24,497 bases of DNA, taken from positions 1 through 24,497 of the forward strand of contig DATIEF010000137.1 in NCBI GenBank assembly GCA_035455865.1, written 5' to 3'. A model generated the notes under the pieces. That model was not told the DNA's origin. It did not search any database and saw only the letters and a program-made list of their open reading frames with translations. The stretch is from Gemmatimonadales bacterium. GTDB lineage: Bacteria; Gemmatimonadota; Gemmatimonadetes; Gemmatimonadales; GWC2-71-9. Within the stretch, counting starts at the first letter, position 1; each line of letters begins with the position of its first letter. Below, one piece after another: positions 18,042 to 24,497 of the stretch. Both the position numbers and the translations under genes were made by a program.

Positions 18042-18506
18042 TCACGCCTTCGGGGCCGCGCACCCGCACGGCCCCTGGTTCAAGTCGGCACCACACTTCG
18101 GGCAGAGACCGGCGCAGTCGTCCCGGCACAGCAGGAACGGCGGCACCGCCAGCACCACTTCCTCCCGCACCACGGGACGCAGGTCGACCTGGGTGGCCCG
18201 CGGCGCCAGGACGTAGACCTCCGGGTCGTCGGCGGCCTCGGCGTCGGCGCTGAAGTACGCGGACACGTCGGTCGCGACCGGGAACGTCACGTCGGCCAGG
18301 CACCTGCGACAGTGCCCCTGCACCGTCCCCACCAGCCGCCCGGTCCAGAAGACGTCGCCTTCACCGGTCGCCTGGAGCCGCCCCTCCACCTCGAGGGGCG
18401 TGGCCAGGCCGAGATCGAGCCCGGCAAAGAGTTCATCGTCCGGCGGAACGCGGTCGACGGTATCGACCGGCCCCTTCTGGAGATCACGCAGATCGACCTG
18501 CAACAT
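18042..18506 (-). CDS. yceD: DUF177/YceD family protein
   Basis: CRRCL and LCRDDCAGLCPKCGADLNQGPCGC motifs; canonical position upstream of rpmF. Confidence 0.9.
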   Translation of the reverse strand: MLQVDLRDLQKGPVDTVDRVPPDDELFAGLDLGLATPLEVEGRLQATGEGDVFWTGRLVGTVQGHCRRCLADVTFPVATDVSAYFSADAEAADDPEVYVLAPRATQVDLRPVVREEVVLAVPPFLLCRDDCAGLCPKCGADLNQGPCGCAAPKA

Positions 18507-18514
18507 AGCCACTA

Positions 18515-18543
18515 AAGCTATCCGGGACGCGGGTTTAGGTCAA
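18515..18543 (-). promoter_or_regulatory. Sigma70 promoter of the yceD-rpmF-plsX-fab operon
   Basis: TTGACC (18543-18538), 17-bp spacer, TAGCTT (18520-18515), 8 nt, then ATG of yceD. Confidence 0.75.
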
Positions 18544-18631
18544 GCTGAGCACAAACTCGAAATGCCCGGGCACGCGCCGGCGACCGGCCCAGGGACCGGG
18601 CCACCGTCGAGGCCTTCCCTGCCCGCCCCGG

Positions 18632-19066
18632 TCAGGCGAACAGCCCGGCCAGTTCCGCTTCAGTGAAGAAGAACCCGACCTCACGCGCGGCGTTCTCCGC
18701 GCTGTCGGAGGCGTGGATGGCATTCCGGCCCTTCGACTCCGCGTGGAGCTTGCGGATGGTCCCGGGAGCGGCCTCCCGCGGGTCGGTCGCGCCGATCACG
18801 GTCCGGAGGTGGGCGACGGCGTCCGCGCGCTCCAGCGCCAGCGGCACGCAGGGACCGCTGGTCATGAACTCGACCAGCTCGGGATAGAACGGGCGGCCCT
18901 GATGGACCGCGTAGAACGCGCCGGCCTGGGCCTTCGTGAGGCGGACCATGCGGGCCGACCGGACCACGAAGCCCTCCCGCTCGAGGTGGGCGATGATGGC
19001 GCCGATCTTGTGGGTGGCCACGGCGTCCGGCTTGACGATGGCGAGGGTGGTCTGGGTGTCCGACAC
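18632..19066 (-). CDS. ndk: Nucleoside diphosphate kinase
   Basis: [45 protein letters not shown]; GTG with GGAG upstream. Confidence 0.96.
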   Translation of the reverse strand: MSDTQTTLAIVKPDAVATHKIGAIIAHLEREGFVVRSARMVRLTKAQAGAFYAVHQGRPFYPELVEFMTSGPCVPLALERADAVAHLRTVIGATDPREAAPGTIRKLHAESKGRNAIHASDSAENAAREVGFFFTEAELAGLFA

Positions 19067-19094
19067 GCGGTGCTCCGTTAGGTGGAATGGTCGC

Positions 19095-20000
19095 TCAACT
19101 GCCCAGCAATTTCCGCACGATGTCCGCGCGGGTGAGCAGGCCCGTCAGCCGCCCGTCCTTCACCACCGGGCAGCGGTCGATCTGCTTGTTGGCCATCAGC
19201 GACGCGACGTCGGTGACGGCCTGGTCCTCCGACACGCAGAGCACGCTGCGCGTCATCACGTCCCGCACCGGGATGTCGAGCGGTCTGCGGGTGGCGTGGC
19301 CCGGCGCGCGCGGGACCGCGCGGAATTCGCCCGTGATCACCCGCTGCATGTAGGCGGGCACCAGGTGCTGGAGGAGCTCGCGATTGCTCAGGAGCCCGAC
19401 GACCTCTCCCCCGGCACCGACGACCGGCAATGCCTCCCAGCGGTGCTGCACCAGCACCCGCGCCGCATCGGCGAGGGGCACGTCGGGCGTGACGCTCAGG
19501 ACGCCGGGGGTCATGATGTCCCGGACGAGGAGCGGTCCCTCGAGCTCCACTTCCGCCATCCCGGGCGCCGCCAGGATCTCGGCGGCGCTCGTGGCCCGGT
19601 GCAACGCGCCGACCACGTCGGGATCGGCCAGGGCGCGGCTGAACGCCGCCAGGGCCTGGAGATACCGCGCGGCATCCCGCGGCGGCGCCAGGATCAGGAG
19701 CACGATCCGCGCGCGGAAGGCCGGATCCTCAGGCCAGGCAAGCGGCGTCTCCGCCACACCGAGCGCCGCCACCACGCGGTCGACCGCCTCGGTACGGAAG
19801 TGCGGCAGGAAGGCGTTCGGCCCGAGCGACACCACGTCCTCGAGCCGGGCCTTCCGCCGCACCTCAGCGACCTGCGCCGGATCCCTGACCCCGCTCCCCG
19901 CCGCGCTGACCGCCAGGAGCTGGTCCACCGCCTCGAGGAGGCTGTGGCCGCGGAGCGGGACCAGCACCCGCTCCGGCGCCAGGAGGCCGGTGAGCCTCAC
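19095..20000 (-). CDS. PTS EIIA (Fru/Ntr-type) domain fused to a CBS pair
   Basis: N-terminal [11 protein letters not shown]...[12 protein letters not shown]...IVLLILAP...[12 protein letters not shown] fits the EIIA-2 fold with the phospho-His retained. C-terminal has two CBS repeats (DIMTPGV...[13 protein letters not shown]; DVMTRSV...[18 protein letters not shown]). Confidence 0.8.
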   Translation of the reverse strand: MRLTGLLAPERVLVPLRGHSLLEAVDQLLAVSAAGSGVRDPAQVAEVRRKARLEDVVSLGPNAFLPHFRTEAVDRVVAALGVAETPLAWPEDPAFRARIVLLILAPPRDAARYLQALAAFSRALADPDVVGALHRATSAAEILAAPGMAEVELEGPLLVRDIMTPGVLSVTPDVPLADAARVLVQHRWEALPVVGAGGEVVGLLSNRELLQHLVPAYMQRVITGEFRAVPRAPGHATRRPLDIPVRDVMTRSVLCVSEDQAVTDVASLMANKQIDRCPVVKDGRLTGLLTRADIVRKLLGS

Positions 20001-20869
20001 TTCATCCGGGCCTTCAGGAGCGGGACGACGTCGACCGGACGCTTCATCACGCTGATGCCCGCGGCCTCGAATGCCGCCATCTTCTCCGCGGCCGTCCCGG
20101 CGTGGCCGGAGATGATGGCGCCGGCGTGGCCCATCCGCCGTCCCGGCGGCGCGGTCTGGCCGGCGATGAAGCCGACGACCGGCTTGGTGACGTGCTGCTT
20201 CACGAAATCCGCCGCGTGCTGCTCGTCGGTGCCGCCGATCTCGCCCATCATCACGATGGCATCGGTGCCCGGGTCATCCTGGAACGCCCGCAGGCAGTCG
20301 ATGAAGTTCGTCCCGATGATCGGGTCGCCGCCGATGCCGACGCAGGTGCTCTGCCCGATCCCGTTCTTCGTGAGATGGTTGACCACCTCGTAGGTCAGCG
20401 TGCCGCTCCGCGACACCAGGCCGACGCGGCCGGGCGCGCAAATGTTGCCGGGGATGATGCCGACCTTGGCCTCGCCCGGGGTGATGGCGCCGGGGCAGTT
20501 GGGCCCGATGAGCCGCGCCCCGCGCTCCCGCACGTAGGGCATCACGCGGGTCATGTCCATCACCGGCACGCCCTCCGTGATGCACACGACCAGCTTGATG
20601 CCGGCATCGACCGCCTCATAGATGGCCCCGGCCGCGCCCGCCGGCGGCACGTAGATGACCGAGGTGTTGGCCCCCGCGCGCGCGACCGCCTCCGCCACGG
20701 TGTCGAAGACGGGGACGGTGCCCTCGAACACCTGGCCGCCCTTCCCCGGCGTGACGCCGGCGACGACCTTCGTGCCGTAGGCGATCATCTGCTTCGAGTG
20801 GAACGAACCGTCCCGCCCGGTGATGCCCTGCACCACCAGCTTCGTGTCCTTCCCGATGAAGACGCTCAC
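19997..20869 (-). CDS. sucD: Succinyl-CoA synthetase alpha subunit
   Basis: [46 protein letters not shown] (phospho-His). Confidence 0.97.
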   Translation of the reverse strand: MSVFIGKDTKLVVQGITGRDGSFHSKQMIAYGTKVVAGVTPGKGGQVFEGTVPVFDTVAEAVARAGANTSVIYVPPAGAAGAIYEAVDAGIKLVVCITEGVPVMDMTRVMPYVRERGARLIGPNCPGAITPGEAKVGIIPGNICAPGRVGLVSRSGTLTYEVVNHLTKNGIGQSTCVGIGGDPIIGTNFIDCLRAFQDDPGTDAIVMMGEIGGTDEQHAADFVKQHVTKPVVGFIAGQTAPPGRRMGHAGAIISGHAGTAAEKMAAFEAAGISVMKRPVDVVPLLKARMK

Positions 20870-22005
20870 GCGGCCTCCTTGACCAGCTTGACCACCCGGG
20901 CGACGGCCTCGTCCATGTCGCTCAGCGCCTCCATCCCGATGCCCCGGAGGATCTTGACCGCCTCCGCCTCGTTGGTGCCGGTGAGCCGGACGACGATCGG
21001 CACCTTGACCGGGAACTTCTCGAGCGCGGTCTTGAGCCCGTTGGCCACGTCGTCGGTCCGGGTGATGCCGCCGAAGATGTTGAAGAGGATGCCCTTCACG
21101 TTCGGGTCGCTGGTGATGATCCGGAGCGCGTTGACGACCTTCTCCGGGTTCGAGCTGCCGCCGATGTCGAGGAAGTTGGCCGGCTCGCCGCCGTAGTACT
21201 TGACGAGGTCCATCGTGGCCATCGCCAGGCCGGCGCCGTTGACCACGCAGCCGACGTTGCCGTCCAGCTTGATGAACGTCAGGTTGGCCTTCCGGGCCTC
21301 GACCTCGCTCGGGGCCTCGGCGGTCTCGTCGCGCAGGGCGGCGAGGTCGGGCCGGCGGTCGAGTTCATTGTCGTCGATGCTCACCTTGGCGTCGAGCGCC
21401 AGGACCTTGCCGTCCGGCGTCGTGACCAGCGGGTTGATCTCGGCGAGCGAGGCGCCGTTGTCGGTGAACGCCCGGTAGAGCTGCTGCAGGATGGCCGCTG
21501 CCGCCTTCACGTGGCCGAAGTCCTTGTAGAGGAAGAACCCCAGGGTCAGCGCCTGGTGCGGCAACAGTCCGAAGCGCGGGTCGACCGGGAGCTTGAGGAT
21601 CTTCTCCGGCGTCTTGGCGGCGACCTCCTCGATGTCGATGCCACCGGCCGGGCTCACCATGAACACCGGGCGCTGCGACTCCCGGTCCATGATGATGCCG
21701 ACGTACGCCTCCGAGGCGATGTCGGCCGCGGGCACCACCAGCACCTTGTGGACCGTGAGCCCCTTGATCGTCATCCCGAGGATCTTGGACGCCACGTCCT
21801 TGGCCTCGCCCGGCGTGGCGGCCAGCTTGACCCCGCCGGCCTTGCCGCGCCCGCCCGCATGCACCTGGGCCTTCACGACGACCTTGCCGCCCAGCTTCTT
21901 CGCAATGCCCGCCGCCTCTTCCGGCGTCGCGGCGACATCGCCCTCGAACATCGGCACGCCGGCCCGCTGCAGCAGGGCGCGCGCCTGGTATTCGTGCAGG
22001 TTCAC
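20866..22005 (-). CDS. sucC: Succinyl-CoA synthetase beta subunit
   Basis: [58 protein letters not shown]. Confidence 0.97.
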   Translation of the reverse strand: MNLHEYQARALLQRAGVPMFEGDVAATPEEAAGIAKKLGGKVVVKAQVHAGGRGKAGGVKLAATPGEAKDVASKILGMTIKGLTVHKVLVVPAADIASEAYVGIIMDRESQRPVFMVSPAGGIDIEEVAAKTPEKILKLPVDPRFGLLPHQALTLGFFLYKDFGHVKAAAAILQQLYRAFTDNGASLAEINPLVTTPDGKVLALDAKVSIDDNELDRRPDLAALRDETAEAPSEVEARKANLTFIKLDGNVGCVVNGAGLAMATMDLVKYYGGEPANFLDIGGSSNPEKVVNALRIITSDPNVKGILFNIFGGITRTDDVANGLKTALEKFPVKVPIVVRLTGTNEAEAVKILRGIGMEALSDMDEAVARVVKLVKEAA

Positions 22006-22006
22006 G

Positions 22007-22975
22007 TCACATCCTCACGATGGTGGTTCCGGTCCGGCCCTCGAGGGCCGCCAGTCCTTCTGACAATCGGGCGATGACCGCCCGTTCCCCGCCGGCGCGC
22101 ACGAACGCCGCGCCAGCCTCGACCTTGGGAGCGATGCTCCCCCGCTCCAGGGTGCCGGAAGCGAGCAGCCCGTCCGCCTCGGCGAGGGTCATCGTCCGGA
22201 TCGGCGCCGCGGCGGGCGTTCCCCAGTCACGATACACCGCATCGGCCTCGGTCAGGATGACCAGGACCTCGGCGCCGAGATCCCGCGCCAGCACCGCCGA
22301 GACGCGGTCCTTGTCGACCACGGCGTCGAGCCCCTCGAGGGCGAGCGCCCCGTCCCGATACACCGGCGGCCCGCCGCCCCCGGCCGCGATGACGATCACG
22401 CCCTGGGCCACCAGTCCCTTGACCAGTGGCGCTTCGACGACGGCCACCGGCGAGGGACTCGCCGTGAGCCGGTGCCAGTGCACGCCGTCGGCGTCGAGCT
22501 TGACCGGCACACCCCGCGCCTCGAGCCGACGCGCGGTCTCGGCGTCGAGCGGATGGCCGGCCCGCTTGACCGGGGTCTTGAGCTGCGGGTCGGCCGGGTC
22601 GACCTCGGTCTGGGTCACGAGCGTCACCACCGGCCGGTCGACCCCTGCGCGACGGAGCGCGTTCTGCAGGGACTGCTGGATCATGTACCCGATCCATCCG
22701 GCGGTGCCCGCCACCAGCACCCCGAGCGGCAGCGGCTCCACGAGACCGGCCGCCGTCTCGTTGCGCACCAGCTCATCGCCGATCTGGGGCCCGTTGCCGT
22801 GGACCACCGCGACGTTCCATCCGGCGCGGGCGAGCTCGACGATCGGCGCGAGGCTCTCCCGGGTATGCCGGAACTGGTTGGTGATCGTCGCCGGCTCCCC
22901 GGCCCGGGCGAGCGCGTTGCCACCGAGGGCCACGACAACGGTCTTTTTTGGGCCCATCTCGGCGCTCGAGGTCAT
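22007..22975 (-). CDS. arcC: Carbamate kinase (amino-acid-kinase fold), divergent
   Basis: VVALGGNAL, HGNGPQIG, GWIGYMIQQ, VDPADP, SPSP, GGGGPPV, AVVDKD, PKVEA. Start is ATG 22975 or 22957. Confidence 0.85.
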   Translation of the reverse strand: MTSSAEMGPKKTVVVALGGNALARAGEPATITNQFRHTRESLAPIVELARAGWNVAVVHGNGPQIGDELVRNETAAGLVEPLPLGVLVAGTAGWIGYMIQQSLQNALRRAGVDRPVVTLVTQTEVDPADPQLKTPVKRAGHPLDAETARRLEARGVPVKLDADGVHWHRLTASPSPVAVVEAPLVKGLVAQGVIVIAAGGGGPPVYRDGALALEGLDAVVDKDRVSAVLARDLGAEVLVILTEADAVYRDWGTPAAAPIRTMTLAEADGLLASGTLERGSIAPKVEAGAAFVRAGGERAVIARLSEGLAALEGRTGTTIVRM

Positions 22976-22985
22976 CAGAACGCCG

Positions 22986-23014
22986 AAAGTAGCGGCACAG
23001 CTAACGATTTACAA
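22986..23014 (-). promoter_or_regulatory. Sigma70-like promoter upstream of the carbamate kinase-sucCD-EIIA/CBS-ndk operon
   Basis: TTGTAA (23014-23009), 17-bp spacer, TACTTT (22991-22986), 10 nt before ATG 22975; lies in an AT-rich gap. Confidence 0.6.
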
Positions 23015-23023
23015 GCGCACGAC

Positions 23024-24497
23024 TTACGGCTCTTCAACGAGTTCCTTGAGCGCCGTGAACGCGCGGGTGAACGCCGCCAGGTCGCCCCGCCGGAGGGCGG
23101 AGTCCGCGCGCTCGACCCAGAGCCGCGCCTGGGCCAGGCGGCTCGACGCCCCGGGATTGGGCACGAGCGGAGCCTGTTGCCCGAGGAGATTGGCCCACGC
23201 ACCGGGGAGATCGCGTCCCCCGCCGAGCCGCCGGTCGACCGCGACATTGGCCCAGAGGAGCGCCGGCAAGGACGCCGGCGTCGAGCGGTAGCTCAACTGT
23301 GCCGCCTCCAGGCGACCACCGCGCCAATCGTACTGGACCGGGCCGCTGACCGCCCGGCCCCCGGCGGCCTGCAGCGAATCGACCAGCTGGCCATACGACG
23401 GAAAACCGGTCCAGCTCCGCTCGAGACGGCGGGGGCCGGGCAACGTGGCCGCTTCGGGGATGCGGACGAGGCGCGGCGTCAGGCGTCCCGCGTGCACGGC
23501 GCCGACCAGCAGCGCCACGACGCGTCCGGGCGGCGCCGGGTCGACGAACGGGATCTCCAGCACCGGCGCGGTCGCGTCCCACACCGGCACCGGGCGCACG
23601 AGGTCGCCGCTGTCGACCGCCACCGGGGGGAGGGCGAATGTGGCGCCCGCCAGGACCCGTGCCTGGATCGCGAGCCACGGCGCCGGGTACGCGAGGCGGG
23701 CGACGACCCCCGCCGGGATGGAGTCGGCGGGCCCGATGGCTCCGTCGGCGAGGTCGGCCCAGGCGCGCGCGACGGGTCCTGCGCCCGGCGTGAGGTAGAG
23801 CCGGGACACACCGGAGGCGGCGTCCACGACACCAAGGAGGCCGGCATCCGCGCCGCCCGCGTCGGCGCCGAGCACCTCGGTCCGGGGCGCCAGCGGGAAC
23901 GCGTAATATGGAAGCGATCCACGCACGGCCCACGCGACCCGGCCGCCGGCGAGAATGAGCTGGGGTTCTGACCATCGCGCCGGCGGGAAGAGCGCGGCCA
24001 GGCGTGCCGTCGGGTCGAGCCGCCATCCCAGCCGGGACGAGTCCGTCACCCCGCGGCCGAGGAGTGCGCCGGCCTGGGCCGCCCAGGCCAGGGCGAGGCG
24101 CCGTGCCGCGCCACCGACCGGGATGCCGGTGCGGGCCAGCATCCAGTCAGGCGCGCCCGGCCAGAGCGCCCCGGCGGCGAGCGATCCGTAGGTCGTGATG
24201 CCAGGATACGCCAGCGGATCGGCAGCACGATACGACAGCGGCCCGCCGGCGGCGTTCACCTGGTCATCGGCGACCACCGAGAGCACCGCCGAATCGGCGG
24301 CGGCCCGTAAGAGCAGCCACGCCCGCCGGGGGTGTCCGTCCACGATCACCGCCCCGCGGGAGGCGGCGGCCACCCGATCGCCGGGGCCGGCAGCCGGCAA
24401 GAGGAGCCCGGCCGGCCAAAGGCCGGCGCCGGCCGGCATCGACGGGATCGGGGCCGGGAGTTCCGGCGCTCCCTGGTCGAGGAGGCCAAGGTCCCAG
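23024..24497 (-). CDS. UPF0182-like protein, C-terminal part (5' end outside window)
   Basis: Frame stays open to the window edge (WDLGLLDQG...). GIPVGG..RRLALAW...LL...VTDSSRL...RLAALFP...P.LILAGGRVAW and the terminal ALRRGDLAAF pattern recall the UPF0182 C-terminal region. Confidence 0.6.
   Translation of the reverse strand, partial: WDLGLLDQGAPELPAPIPSMPAGAGLWPAGLLLPAAGPGDRVAAASRGAVIVDGHPRRAWLLLRAAADSAVLSVVADDQVNAAGGPLSYRAADPLAYPGITTYGSLAAGALWPGAPDWMLARTGIPVGGAARRLALAWAAQAGALLGRGVTDSSRLGWRLDPTARLAALFPPARWSEPQLILAGGRVAWAVRGSLPYYAFPLAPRTEVLGADAGGADAGLLGVVDAASGVSRLYLTPGAGPVARAWADLADGAIGPADSIPAGVVARLAYPAPWLAIQARVLAGATFALPPVAVDSGDLVRPVPVWDATAPVLEIPFVDPAPPGRVVALLVGAVHAGRLTPRLVRIPEAATLPGPRRLERSWTGFPSYGQLVDSLQAAGGRAVSGPVQYDWRGGRLEAAQLSYRSTPASLPALLWANVAVDRRLGGGRDLPGAWANLLGQQAPLVPNPGASSRLAQARLWVERADSALRRGDLAAFTRAFTALKELVEEP

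Noticed and set aside
18560-18631. GC-rich palindromes after ndk (TGCCCGGGCA; GGCCCG/TGGGCC)
   Set aside because: Short, expected by chance at this GC content, and with no adjacent U-tract.
14877-22077. Numerous long plus-strand ORFs (14877..15986, 16028..17014, 16876..17886, 18936..20393, 20102..21196)
   Set aside because: Each mirrors a well-supported minus-strand gene; composition is that of reverse-complement frames.

Overview
High-GC (roughly 70%, estimated by eye) chromosomal segment of a diderm bacterium. Gene content (KDO genes, futalosine menaquinone pathway) is compatible with Gemmatimonadota, but that is inference. Every real gene but one (thrE) is on the minus strand. In transcription order (right to left): a 5'-truncated UPF0182-like gene; a sigma70 promoter driving carbamate kinase-sucC-sucD-[PTS EIIA + CBS-pair fusion]-ndk; a second promoter driving yceD-rpmF-plsX-fabH-fabD-fabG-acpP-fabF; a KirBac potassium channel; mqnE-mqnA-mqnC-ispF-dedA-xerD; a convergent plus-strand ThrE exporter; a 110-bp AT-rich island with overlapping divergent promoters; a small secreted protein; a membrane-anchored MCE-like hypothetical behind an ECF-type promoter; trpG/pabA; and kdsB-pyrG-kdsA (kdsA runs off the left edge and is missing from the ORF track). 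No rRNA, tRNA, CRISPR array or mobile element was found. Most of the window is housekeeping. The best candidate for an undescribed system is the substrate-level-phosphorylation operon with its EIIA-CBS fusion. Other notable points: a CX5CX2C MqnE, a CTG-initiated DedA, and several apparently leaderless genes.
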